Positions 39,030 through 48,808 of a stretch of 64,000 nt of DNA are shown here, piece by piece. Below the pieces are notes generated by a model. The model was not told the origin of the DNA, made no database searches, and worked only from the letters and a program-made list of their open reading frames with translations. Numbering within the stretch: the stretch's first letter is position 1; every line of letters begins with the position of its first letter. This DNA is from an uncultured Bacilli bacterium. GTDB lineage: Bacteria; Bacillota_I; Bacilli_A; RFN20; CAG-449. The stretch lies in contig CANQCZ010000002.1 of assembly GCA_947591215.1 (NCBI GenBank), forward strand, positions 6,819 through 70,818, written 5' to 3'. The position numbers and the translations under genes are program-made.

Positions 39030-40508
39030 TTAAAATACAAAAGCGATTAAATTTCCTCTGCCTTTATTCGAAATAGTTTTGATCAGTTGTTGCAATTTTA
39101 CTTTTACCGGTTCTGGTAAGCTATTGAGTTTTGAAGAAATGCTTTCGTTTAAAATGTCTTTGAATTGACGACCGAATATTTCGCAATCCAAAATAGCCGT
39201 TTCATTTTTTTCATACGCTTCCAACAGATAATTCAAGAAGTATTCAGCTTGATCCTTAGACCCTAAAACCGGTTCAAATGAAGTTGATACATCAACTTTA
39301 ATAATGTGATATGATGGCGATGTCGCTTTGACCTTGATTCCATATCTTCCATTAACTTTAATCATTTCCGGTTTTTCAATCACCATTTTATCTAAAGGCG
39401 AGGAAGCAAACCCATATCCTGTACCTTCCGCCATCTTCAATGCCGAACCTATAAGATCATAATCCTTTTTAGCTTTAACATACTCGCTTAAAACCGCGAT
39501 TAATTGAGCTTTGTCAGTTATTTCACATCCGACAAGTTCTTTTAAGACTTGATCATACAAGCCTTCATCAACATCTAATTGAACAGTGACAATACCGGTT
39601 CCGGTATCGACATTTTGTAAATTGACTTCAGTTAAGTATTCGTTTTCTTTTAAAACACCATTGATTTTTTCAACGTCTTTGACAATTTTAGCTTCTCGCA
39701 TCGCTAAATCAATCGATTGTTTGATCGACACTTTGATATAATGTTCGTCATCTAAAGAACTAACCCAAGTCGGTAATGCCATTTCAATGCCACTGATAGG
39801 ATATTGATATAACGCTGCTTTTAAAATTTCAGTCGCATCTTTTTGACCCATTGACATTACATCCAAAGCGATAACCGGTGCTCCGTAATTAGTTTCCAAT
39901 TCTTTTGCTAATGCTAAAGTTTCTTCTTTTCCCGGAGTTTTGGTATTCATGACAATCACGAAAGGCTTATCGATTTCTTTCATTTCTTCAATAACCTTGC
40001 GTTCTGCTCCAAGATAATCCGTTCTTGAAAAATCATTGATGCTTCCATCGCTGATTACGACAATACCGATTGTCGAATGGTCTTTAATTACTTTTTGAGT
40101 TCCGATACGCGCCGCATCATCAAAAGGAATGGTCTCTGTAAACCATGGAGTTTTAACCATTCTCATTTTTCCGTCTTCTAGATATCCGTTGGCACTATCG
40201 ATAATAAAACCAACACAATCGATAAGTCTAATCTTTACCGAAAGACTTTCATCAATTGCAATAGAAACCGCATTAGACGGAACAAATTTTGGTTCCATTG
40301 TCATAATTGTGCGTCCTTCTCCTGACTGCGGAAGTTCATCAAGAGCACGCTTTTTTTCGCTTTCATCAGTGATATTTTCAATGACCACTGTCTCCATAAA
40401 GCGTTTAATAAAAGTTGATTTACCTACTCTAACCGGACCGACAACTCCTAAATACACATCTCCATTATTTCGTAATCCGATATCTCTTAACACCTGTAAT
40501 GTGTCCAT
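39030..40508 (-). CDS. spoIVA: Stage IV sporulation protein A
   Basis: N-terminus LGVVGPVRVGKSTFIKRFMETVV...DELPQSGEGRTIMTMEPKFVP closely parallels B. subtilis SpoIVA; GGAGG RBS; adjacent to hup as in Bacillus. Confidence 0.9.
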   Translation of the reverse strand: MDTLQVLRDIGLRNNGDVYLGVVGPVRVGKSTFIKRFMETVVIENITDESEKKRALDELPQSGEGRTIMTMEPKFVPSNAVSIAIDESLSVKIRLIDCVGFIIDSANGYLEDGKMRMVKTPWFTETIPFDDAARIGTQKVIKDHSTIGIVVISDGSINDFSRTDYLGAERKVIEEMKEIDKPFVIVMNTKTPGKEETLALAKELETNYGAPVIALDVMSMGQKDATEILKAALYQYPISGIEMALPTWVSSLDDEHYIKVSIKQSIDLAMREAKIVKDVEKINGVLKENEYLTEVNLQNVDTGTGIVTVQLDVDEGLYDQVLKELVGCEITDKAQLIAVLSEYVKAKKDYDLIGSALKMAEGTGYGFASSPLDKMVIEKPEMIKVNGRYGIKVKATSPSYHIIKVDVSTSFEPVLGSKDQAEYFLNYLLEAYEKNETAILDCEIFGRQFKDILNESISSKLNSLPEPVKVKLQQLIKTISNKGRGNLIAFVF

Positions 40509-40592
40509 AATATTACCTCCTTGAGGTTCCTCAAGATGAATTTATGATAGAGCTTTATAGATTAGAACATACAAGAAATAAAAAAAGATGCA

Positions 40593-40600
40593 ATTGTATG
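40593..40600 (-). promoter_or_regulatory. Candidate sigma-E type -10 element (CATACAAT) upstream of spoIVA
   Basis: The minus strand reads CATACAAT about 85 nt upstream of the spoIVA ATG; no convincing -35 was found. Confidence 0.2.
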
Positions 40601-40679
40601 ATATTTACTCACACCACGGTTATTTTAAAGGAAAGTAAATCTCATACATATGCATCTTTATTTTATATTAAGATAAATT

Positions 40680-41504
40680 TTAATATTTCTTATTTTTTTT
40701 GAATGACAAGATAAGATCGGCGATTGATAAACTTAATCCTAATGCTAAAATGATGAAAAGGCCAATCCATTCATACCATTCTTTGGGCCATTTTGAAGAA
40801 ACTGCAACACCGATAATTAAAAGAGCGTTTAAAGCCACTAGCGATAGACCAACAATCAGCATATTATGGGATTTAGAGGTCACCAGCGTTCTTTCTTCCA
40901 TTTCGTTAAACATAAAATGAGTACGTTTATATACTAAGAAAGTAATAATATTGCAAACGATTGATAATAGAGCATTAAATGGTAGTACTCCAACCAATAA
41001 GTAAAGTATCAAGTAATTAGATTCATTGATTCCAGGAATCATCGCACACATCGAAATTAATCCTTGAACATTACCTTTAAAGAAAAATTCTAAATAAAAA
41101 GGAATTAAAATCAGCCAATTAGTAATGATGGCCACTAATACCCACGCGAGTGAGGAAAGCGCCAATCCGACAATTGCACCTTTTTTGGAATGAAATTTTT
41201 TGTAAATCAAAGAAGAAGTTAATACGACCGCAATGCCTATTAAAAGATCCGCTAATTCTCCTACGTAACTTGTAGAAGTTCCAATCGTAAGAATTTTAAG
41301 CAAAGCTCTTACAACAACCACAGTAACACCACCGGTTGGTCCTAGAAGGAATCCTGCAATAATGGCAGGTAAATTAGAAATTTGGATATCTAAAAACGAA
41401 GGGAAAAGCATTGGAAGCGGGAACTTTACAAACATGTAAAGAATAGCGCTTATTGCAGATAAAACCGCCGTTTTTACTATCCAGGCTACTTTTTTGTTTC
41501 TCAT
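40680..41504 (-). CDS. ribU: ECF-transporter S component, riboflavin-transporter RibU-like (extended C-terminus)
   Basis: Multi-TM protein with PAIIAGFLLGPTGG, typical of ECF S components; lies directly downstream of an FMN riboswitch; AAAGGAG RBS. Confidence 0.6.
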   Translation of the reverse strand: MRNKKVAWIVKTAVLSAISAILYMFVKFPLPMLFPSFLDIQISNLPAIIAGFLLGPTGGVTVVVVRALLKILTIGTSTSYVGELADLLIGIAVVLTSSLIYKKFHSKKGAIVGLALSSLAWVLVAIITNWLILIPFYLEFFFKGNVQGLISMCAMIPGINESNYLILYLLVGVLPFNALLSIVCNIITFLVYKRTHFMFNEMEERTLVTSKSHNMLIVGLSLVALNALLIIGVAVSSKWPKEWYEWIGLFIILALGLSLSIADLILSFKKNKKY

Positions 41505-41532
41505 ACGAAACTCCTTTCTATGTGGGCTTAAA

Positions 41533-41689
41533 AATAAAAAAGCCCTCTATATACTTAGAGGGTAAAGATAGTTAATTAAACTATGACTTCTTTCATCCAG
41601 ACTTTACTGTCGCCACTAGAATTTCACTAGTTCATGCATTACTGCTCGCGGGGTTTACCGCCGGTAAGGAATTTCACCTAACCCTGAAG
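41533..41689 (-). promoter_or_regulatory. FMN riboswitch (RFN element) with intrinsic terminator expression platform
   Basis: The minus strand reads CTTCAGGGTTAGGTGAAATTCCTTACCGGCGGTAAACCCCGCGAGC...AGTGAAATTCTAGTGGCGACAGTAAAGTCTGGATGAAAGAAG (conserved RFN blocks; P1 CTTC/GAAG). This is followed by the hairpin CCCTCTAAGTATATAGAGGG and T6, then the RBS of the transporter gene. Confidence 0.8.
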
Positions 41690-41698
41690 TACAGCCAT

Positions 41699-41727
41699 AT
41701 TATATGACTGCCTATTTTTAAATGCAA
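41699..41727 (-). promoter_or_regulatory. Sigma-A type promoter driving the FMN riboswitch leader
   Basis: The minus strand shows TTGCAT, 17 nt, TATAAT about 10 nt upstream of the aptamer 5' end. Confidence 0.5.
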
Positions 41728-41776
41728 CTATTATGATTGACAATTTTTTCTTTGTTTGTTGCACTTGCTTTTATAA

Positions 41777-42544
41777 TTAACCAAAATTTTTTTCTTTATA
41801 TTTTGGAATTACATTTTTCTTCTTATTGATTAAACACAAATTTTTTAACATTTCAATTTCAGAATTTGTCAATTTACGATATGCTCCTCTTTTAAGATCG
41901 TTAAGCTTGATGAATCCGATCGAAATGCGAGTCAAAGACTTTACAGTTAACCCAAAATAATCAAACATTCTCCGCACCTGACGATTTCTTCCTTCATGAA
42001 TGCTAATTTCTACTTTAGATTCTAAACCATTTCTTATAATTTTCACTTTGCAAGGAGCGGTCATTCCATCGCTTAGAAGAATTCCCTTTTCCATTTTTAA
42101 TGCCATCTCTTGATCAAAATGTCCATTTACTATCGCCAAATAAGTTTTCTCTAAATGTGAAGAGGGATGCATAATCAAGTTTGCCAGTTCACCATCATTC
42201 GTTATTAAAATAGCACCAGAAGTATTGTAATCAAGACGTCCAACCGGAAATAATCGATAAGGATATTCTTTAAAAAAATCCGTAACTACTTTGCGACCAC
42301 GGTCATCTTTTACAGTTGATAAAACACCAAGCGGTTTGTTGAACAAGAACACAACTTGCTCCTCATTAGTTAAGATTGTTCCATCAACTTCAACACAATC
42401 TAAAGGCGAAACTAAAGTACCAAGTTTATTGCAAATGACATTATTTACTTTCACTTTATTAGCGGTAATCAATAGTTCCGCTTTTCTTCTTGAGCAAATA
42501 CCACTTGCTGCAATTCTTTTTTGCAATCTGATTTTTTCTTCCAT
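41777..42544 (-). CDS. rluB: Pseudouridine synthase, RsuA/RluB family
   Basis: S4 domain (RLQKRIAASGICSRRKAEL) and the catalytic PVGRLDYNTSG motif. The track start is TTG; the first ATG is at 42544. Confidence 0.8.
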   Translation of the reverse strand: MEEKIRLQKRIAASGICSRRKAELLITANKVKVNNVICNKLGTLVSPLDCVEVDGTILTNEEQVVFLFNKPLGVLSTVKDDRGRKVVTDFFKEYPYRLFPVGRLDYNTSGAILITNDGELANLIMHPSSHLEKTYLAIVNGHFDQEMALKMEKGILLSDGMTAPCKVKIIRNGLESKVEISIHEGRNRQVRRMFDYFGLTVKSLTRISIGFIKLNDLKRGAYRKLTNSEIEMLKNLCLINKKKNVIPKYKEKNFG

Positions 42545-42651
42545 GCAAATCAGTTTATCAAAAAAAGAAATTAAAATAAATAGATTATTTGAAATGATTA
42601 ACATAGAGATAAAAGCATGCAAAACTATTTTTTAAATTTTATAAAAAATAA

Positions 42652-43170
42652 TTATTTTAAAAATAGTAAAGACAAAATAACACCCACGGTGATTCCAACC
42701 ACATCTGCCATAAGTCCAACTTTCAGAGCATGTTTCCATTTGGTGATTCCGACGCTTGTAAAATACAACGATAGAACATAAATCGTCGTGTCTGTGCTCC
42801 CTTGAATCGTCGAAGCCATTTTGCAAGTAAAAGAATCGGCACCGGCAGCACATATATTATCTAAAACTGCAATTGAAGCCGAACCGGATATTGGTCTAAA
42901 CAAAACCATCGGTGTAATATCTGCAAACATATTTATCGCGGGGAATAAAGTTTTTAAACTAGCTTTTATATCTGTAATCAATCCCGAAGCTTCTAACATC
43001 GTTACCGCAAGTAACATTGCCATTACCGACGGAAAAACTTCCACAAATAATCCCAATCCTTCTTTGGTACCATTCAAAAATGAAGCATAAGCATTTTTCT
43101 TTTTAATTGCTGCATATATGATAGTTAATATCACCAGCAACGGAATAAATACTAAAGATACTTTATTCAT
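42652..43170 (-). CDS. spmB: Spore maturation protein B
   Basis: 172 aa membrane protein with a SpmB-like pattern (nucleoside-transporter/Gate-like half); partner spmA is found 4.9 kb away. Confidence 0.7.
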   Translation of the reverse strand: MNKVSLVFIPLLVILTIIYAAIKKKNAYASFLNGTKEGLGLFVEVFPSVMAMLLAVTMLEASGLITDIKASLKTLFPAINMFADITPMVLFRPISGSASIAVLDNICAAGADSFTCKMASTIQGSTDTTIYVLSLYFTSVGITKWKHALKVGLMADVVGITVGVILSLLFLK

Positions 43171-43535
43171 TTACGATCATTTCTTTCATCTTTAAATAAT
43201 ATGAACGAATTGATTAACATATTATAAATTTAGATTCTTAATTTTCTATCAGTTCTACTTCAATTTAAAAAGAAAAAAATATGAGGTCAAAACTACAATT
43301 CACTCATGATTAAATGTCTTTATTTAATTAAATGAATATCTATATTTGAAGGCGTTTTTTATGGTATAAAACTACTTCAATTACCCTATTTAAAAGCTTT
43401 TAGCAAACAGATAAATTTCATCACATTTTTAGTAGAAAAATTTCTAATCATTTCGCTTGTGTTATTTTTATCCATATGATATATATTTCATGCAAAATGA
43501 ATTTATTTGTTTTGAAATTAGAAAGGAAAACTTGT

Positions 43536-46500
43536 ATGACAAAAGGCAAAAAAACTTCATTCTTAGTAGGATTTATTTCACTATGTTTACTGATAGTCAG
43601 TTTTAGCGTTTTCAAAAACAATAATTTTTCTAACCTTTTATCTAATAAAATACTCAATAATCAGATTCAAGATACTACAAAAAATCGTGATAACAACAAT
43701 CACTTCTTTTCTAATTATGATAGCGAAATAATAATCGATGAAGTAGAAAGAAGTCATACACCGCAAGTATTCGGAGAATTAAGCGAGGATCAATATCCTT
43801 CTATTTATCATCCGCAAACTTTCAGCGATTTAACAGGTGACACACCTGATACCGTTGAAGCATTAAATGCGACCAGTTTAGGTAAGATTCGTATCGAAAA
43901 CGAAAAAATCTTAGAAGAAACAGATGCACAAATCGCAAGTGGCACCTTAGGAAAGCATCGTTCTGCCGATGGTCAATTTTATGGCAAAATCGATGACGAT
44001 GCTCCACGTATTATTAAAAAAGTTACTATAAATCACATGGTTTCTTCACGCCACTCCTTGAGCGTTTTTGCTCCGGCGGGAGAAATTCTTACCGTAACCA
44101 TCGATCAAAGCATTATCGACAAAACCGACAAGGATCATCGATTAATTATCGTGGTCGGTTTTCCTTATCGCGAAAATACAGTTCACGCAGTGCAAAAGAA
44201 ATTTTTCCAAAAATTGCAATCTGCCCAAAATCGGATGCCTATCCTTTTCAAAGAATTCACAATTACTGAACCTGTTACGAAAATCGGATCACCATTAGGC
44301 GGCATGGTTTTCTTAAAAGATATCCCTGCGACCATCGATCAAAACTTTGACATCACTATCTCAGGTGGGGTCGATAATCCTAGTTATCAATATGGTATTT
44401 CTACAACTGAAGATTGGAAGTTAATTTTGGAAGCACCTTCACCTTACGCTTGGATTGAAACTCCTTACGTTTATTTTTTGATGCCGAAACTTTACATTAA
44501 AAACATTGAAGAATTAGATAGCAGTTTGACATTTTGGTATAAAGCTTCCATGCTTTCTAATTATGCGATGGGTCTTGATACATTAAAAGGAAAAATAAGA
44601 CCGGTAATCATGATGTATGATAGTTACATCCCTAGTGGCAGTGCTTTAGCATATCCCGGTATTTTTGCCGTAATTTGTCCTTCAAGTTGGGCAATAACAA
44701 CTCTCGATTATGAAACCACGTTTACAACCGCTAATTGTTGGGGTGTCATTCACGAAATGAATCACAATTTCCAATATCCCCGTGTAGCCGGTCTTGGAAA
44801 TCCATGGACTGTCGGCAGTAATTATATGGAAATTACCAACAATGTGATGAACATTCTAGCATATGTAACTTATACCGACATCGCTTCTAGCCGTAGTGAT
44901 AGCGCCGCGTCAGCTAGCGGTGGCGGAAGTGCCGTCGATCCTTATTACAATCTTTCCAATCTTAAATCTATTTCACAACAAAAGAGTACTTTTGAAGAAT
45001 TCGGTGAAAGCAAACTTTACGCTTACGTAGATTTAATCCACAGTTTTGGAATTGACAAATTTATTCACTTTCTTCGTCAAATCGGCGGAGCTGAAGAATC
45101 CGAATATTTAACCCCTGATCAAGTGGTTTCAGCTAGCGGAGCTAGTCATAACTACACGACAACCGAAGATGGTTTTGCAACTTTTGCAAGTCAATTCTTT
45201 CAATATGATATGACTGATTATTTTCAAGATTTATGGCATTTCAATTTAAGCCAAGCCACGATTGAAAAAATTAAAGATCTCAATTATCCAAAATATTTCT
45301 CTTTGCAAAACGTTTACGCTCTTGGAGAAAAGAATATTGAAACCGGAAGACCTTATATCTTTAATCGTAATCAAAGTGAAGTAACTTTAAATCTTGAAGA
45401 AAAAACTTTGACTTCCGCTGATCGTTTTGAAGTGGCCTCAATCACAAATATCAAAAACGGAACATTGATAAAAAATTCAGAAGAACTTTACACATTTGCC
45501 CCTAATGATAATTACGATGATATAACTTTCGATGTGACATATAATGCCTGGTTTGATGGTGATGAAACCACATATCAAAAAACATTAAAAGTTCAGTTAA
45601 AATTTGCTGTCAATAAAACAGTTCAAGCGATTGAATATAGTGCTTCTAATGGTTATACCGTTCAACAAGCGATTGAACAATTTGCTAATGAAGAACATAA
45701 AGTTAAAACCTACACCACTACCTCTCTTTCAACTAGTGTGACTGATGGAATTAATCTCACTTATCTTTCCACTAAAGTAATATTTGATTATAAAAAGAAA
45801 TTGACATTTATGGTTTATGGCGATGATGCCACTTATATCAAAATCAATGGTCAAGAAGCATATTGCAATCAATATATTGACGCTTATTGGGATTATAATA
45901 AGGCTAAATCTTTAACGGAAAATAAAATTGAAATTGATGTAAATCCAAACGAACCGATTCTTATCGAAGCCTATTGTTTAAATACCGGAGGGCCTGGATA
46001 TATTCACGTTCAATATAGTGAAGATAAAGTTAATTACTCCTCGATTCTTTCATCTGACTGTTTAAATCCTAACGTCAACCAACAAGTAATCGATGACTAC
46101 TTAAAAGATAATTCAAAACCTTTCTTTTATGACACACAATATGACTTAGAAAGCAATTTGTTGAAGCGGATGTATCCAAATAATTTGGATTTAACCAAAA
46201 AAATTCAAGAAGTAAAATGCATTGATAGTCAAGGAAGAAACATTCCCGGTCAAAATAGTGATCATTTCATTAAGAATTTAACCGACAATAACACCGGCAC
46301 TTGGTTTACTCCAAATCCATCATATAATTATTCGCATTATTATATTTTCGATTTTGGTGAAAGAGTTACTATTTCTAACGTAAATATCGAATTTTACGAT
46401 TCTAGTTATGCTCCAAGCGGATATAAATATCATATAGCCGATAATATCGATACTACAAATATCAGTCAAAGTATCGCGAACGCCTCAAATGTTTTTAATC

Positions 46501-48053
46501 GAGACAACTCCGCTTATGGTACTAAATTTTCCGATCAATTTGAATTGACTAATGGAAGATATTTGATTATCGAAATAACCGGTTCTAGTGCCTACAATCG
46601 ATCAAGTATTCGCGAGATATCGGTTTCTCAATCATTAAATACCGAAGATGTCAACATCTATGGTTCGTCTAGTGAAGAATTCGAATATTACAATGAGTGG
46701 AATCCCGTCAAAGGAAACTTTATAAACGGACTTGCTCAAAAAACTCAAAACGGAGAAATAACCTTTATTCTTGAAGGTAAAGATTTATTGTTATATTTTT
46801 CTCAAGAATCAGCGAGTAACGATGAATCATATGTTTTAATCGATGGTCAAAAATATTCAATAACTATAGATAATACTTCATCTCCTTCCGTATTTATCGC
46901 TGGGCTAGAAGATAAGCAACATACAGTTACTATCGTCGCTAAAAACTTAGTCTTTGATGCGGCATTAACTACCGGACAAATTTTAGAGCAAGACGAACTT
47001 CAAGAACTAAACTTATCGATTAGTGATTTCGTTTATAACGGACAACAATGGAAACCGGTTATTAGTTATAATGGAGTTATATTACAAGAAGGAGTCGACT
47101 ATATTTTAAAATCGTGCGAAAACAATGTTTCTGTCGGTAGTGCTTCTTTCTCGATTGAAGGTAAAGGATTTTATAAAGGAGTATTAGATTCAACCTTTGA
47201 AATATCGCCACTTGAATTAAATAGTGAAACTGTTTCTCTAACAATCGATGATAACAACGTTTTCTCCGGAACTGCTTTAACACCAACTATTGAAATTACA
47301 ACTAAAATCGATAATCAAGAAGTAATTTTAAAAAATGGTATCGATTATGATGTAACCTTTAACAATAATGTCTCCGCGGGCAAAGCTTCTTACACTATTC
47401 AATTTAAAGGTAACTTCCAAGGCACCATAACTTCCTACTTCAATATTTCTCAAAAAGAATTAAGTTCTAATGATGTAACCATTTCTGTTTTGGATGAAAC
47501 CAGTTATACTGGTCAAGAAATCACTCCAAACATCGAGATCAAAATTAACGATCAATCTGTTACCCTTATAAACGGAGTTGATTATGATATCGTATTTTCA
47601 AATAATATCGCTGCCGGCGAAGCTTCATTCACAATCAATTTTAAGGGCAATTATCGTGGTATAATCAATTCCACTTTCACGATTGCTCCAAAAGAAGTGC
47701 AATTAGATAGCAACCTTTTGTCCATCGAAGATCAAACTTATACCGGTGAAGCAATAAATCCCGAGTTGGAAATTTATATAACTGAAAATGATAGAAGAAC
47801 TGATTTAGTCAATGGTGTAGATTACGATGTCACATATTCTAATAACATCGAAACCGGTAAAGCTACAATAACGATCCAATTCAAAGGAAACTATACTGGT
47901 ACAAAAACTCTCGAATTTAATATTGTAAATTCAAATAATAATGTTGAAACAATATTTTTAATTAGCGGAGTTATTGCAATCATCGGCATAATCTCTATCT
48001 TATCAGCGATATTTTTTGTAACCAAAAAGAAAAAATCAATGTCTAAAAATTAA
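43536..48053 (+). CDS. Large membrane-anchored M60-like (enhancin-like) zinc metallopeptidase with a discoidin (F5/8 type C, CBM32-like) domain and four tandem ~75 aa Ig-like repeats; putative glycoprotein/mucin-targeting protease
   Basis: N-terminal signal-anchor; HEMNHNFQ (HExxH followed by downstream Glu, as in M60/enhancin HE[IL]GH.FQ). Discoidin-like block (NPSYNYSHYYIFDFGERVTISNVNIEFYD). Four repeats share the motif NGVDYD[VI]x[FY]xNN[IV]xxGxAxxTIxFKGN[YF]xG. C-terminal TM helix plus KKKK stop-transfer. Confidence 0.6.
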   Translation: MTKGKKTSFLVGFISLCLLIVSFSVFKNNNFSNLLSNKILNNQIQDTTKNRDNNNHFFSNYDSEIIIDEVERSHTPQVFGELSEDQYPSIYHPQTFSDLTGDTPDTVEALNATSLGKIRIENEKILEETDAQIASGTLGKHRSADGQFYGKIDDDAPRIIKKVTINHMVSSRHSLSVFAPAGEILTVTIDQSIIDKTDKDHRLIIVVGFPYRENTVHAVQKKFFQKLQSAQNRMPILFKEFTITEPVTKIGSPLGGMVFLKDIPATIDQNFDITISGGVDNPSYQYGISTTEDWKLILEAPSPYAWIETPYVYFLMPKLYIKNIEELDSSLTFWYKASMLSNYAMGLDTLKGKIRPVIMMYDSYIPSGSALAYPGIFAVICPSSWAITTLDYETTFTTANCWGVIHEMNHNFQYPRVAGLGNPWTVGSNYMEITNNVMNILAYVTYTDIASSRSDSAASASGGGSAVDPYYNLSNLKSISQQKSTFEEFGESKLYAYVDLIHSFGIDKFIHFLRQIGGAEESEYLTPDQVVSASGASHNYTTTEDGFATFASQFFQYDMTDYFQDLWHFNLSQATIEKIKDLNYPKYFSLQNVYALGEKNIETGRPYIFNRNQSEVTLNLEEKTLTSADRFEVASITNIKNGTLIKNSEELYTFAPNDNYDDITFDVTYNAWFDGDETTYQKTLKVQLKFAVNKTVQAIEYSASNGYTVQQAIEQFANEEHKVKTYTTTSLSTSVTDGINLTYLSTKVIFDYKKKLTFMVYGDDATYIKINGQEAYCNQYIDAYWDYNKAKSLTENKIEIDVNPNEPILIEAYCLNTGGPGYIHVQYSEDKVNYSSILSSDCLNPNVNQQVIDDYLKDNSKPFFYDTQYDLESNLLKRMYPNNLDLTKKIQEVKCIDSQGRNIPGQNSDHFIKNLTDNNTGTWFTPNPSYNYSHYYIFDFGERVTISNVNIEFYDSSYAPSGYKYHIADNIDTTNISQSIANASNVFNRDNSAYGTKFSDQFELTNGRYLIIEITGSSAYNRSSIREISVSQSLNTEDVNIYGSSSEEFEYYNEWNPVKGNFINGLAQKTQNGEITFILEGKDLLLYFSQESASNDESYVLIDGQKYSITIDNTSSPSVFIAGLEDKQHTVTIVAKNLVFDAALTTGQILEQDELQELNLSISDFVYNGQQWKPVISYNGVILQEGVDYILKSCENNVSVGSASFSIEGKGFYKGVLDSTFEISPLELNSETVSLTIDDNNVFSGTALTPTIEITTKIDNQEVILKNGIDYDVTFNNNVSAGKASYTIQFKGNFQGTITSYFNISQKELSSNDVTISVLDETSYTGQEITPNIEIKINDQSVTLINGVDYDIVFSNNIAAGEASFTINFKGNYRGIINSTFTIAPKEVQLDSNLLSIEDQTYTGEAINPELEIYITENDRRTDLVNGVDYDVTYSNNIETGKATITIQFKGNYTGTKTLEFNIVNSNNNVETIFLISGVIAIIGIISILSAIFFVTKKKKSMSKN

Positions 48054-48068
48054 AATTTATATGTAGTT

Positions 48069-48656
48069 TTATCTTTTGTTTTTCAGCGCCTTCTTACGAT
48101 AATAACGATCTAATAAAAGTCCTGAAACACAAGATAAAAGCGTGCCGATAATACCATATATGATGAAATCCGTGGGATTTGAAGCACCATAACTATGTCT
48201 TATCGCCATCACTGTAGTAGGTATCAATGTAACTCCGGCAGTGTTTAAAATCAAGAATGTGACCATTTCATCGGAAGCTGTCTTTTCATCTTCCGGTGAA
48301 ATCATCTTTAATCTTTTCATTGCTTTTAAACCGCTTGGAGTAGCTGCGAAACCAAGGCCAAACATATTTGCGGCAATATTGGAAGAAATATATTTTCTTG
48401 CTTCCTCATCTTTTAAATTCGGCATGATAAGATTTAATAGCGGATTTAAAGCTTTAGCAACTTTATCGATAAGACCACTATCATACATGATCATCATAAT
48501 TCCATTCCAAAAACAAGCAGAAAAAACCAATGTACAAACAAGATTCAAGCCCTTTTCCGGCAATGCTAAAATCGAGTTTGCCAAAGCATCAAATCTACCT
48601 GTAACTAATCCATAAATAATTGAAATAACAATAATTCCAATCCAAATTTTATTCAT
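48069..48656 (-). CDS. spmA: Spore maturation protein A
   Basis: 195 aa membrane protein with a SpmA-like pattern; AGGTGAT RBS, which lies inside the left island direct repeat. Confidence 0.7.
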   Translation of the reverse strand: MNKIWIGIIVISIIYGLVTGRFDALANSILALPEKGLNLVCTLVFSACFWNGIMMIMYDSGLIDKVAKALNPLLNLIMPNLKDEEARKYISSNIAANMFGLGFAATPSGLKAMKRLKMISPEDEKTASDEMVTFLILNTAGVTLIPTTVMAIRHSYGASNPTDFIIYGIIGTLLSCVSGLLLDRYYRKKALKNKR

Positions 48657-48660
48657 TTGA

Positions 48661-48729
48661 TATCACCTATATAAATAAATGAATAAAACGATAATGTAAG
48701 AACTATCTAGTTATTAACTTTTTCTTTTT
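48661..48729. repeat. Left copy of a ~69 bp imperfect direct repeat bracketing the accessory island
   Basis: TATCACCTATATAAATAAATGAATAAAACGATAATGTAAGAACTATCTAGTTATTAACTTTTTCTTTTT differs at 3 positions from the copy at 61447-61515. Confidence 0.8.
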
Positions 48730-48808
48730 AAATGGTCAAAACAAAAAATGCTTAAAAAAGTGCAACTATCTATATAGAGATAGCTACACTCTTGCAAGTT
48801 TGTGTTAA

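Noticed and set aside
40129-40524. 131 aa plus-strand ORF overlapping the 5' end of spoIVA
   Set aside because: Antisense to the SpoIVA Walker A region; no independent support.
42291-42853. ORFs 42291-42635 (plus) and 42632-42853 (minus) around rluB/spmB
   Set aside because: The first is antisense to rluB; the second lies out of frame within the spmB coding region (a Cys/Arg-rich translation).
43448-43657. 69 aa minus-strand ORF and the extended 43476 start of the large surface protein
   Set aside because: The RBS (AAAGGAAAA) and signal-anchor support the ATG at 43536; the upstream extension and antisense ORF lie in an AT-rich leader.
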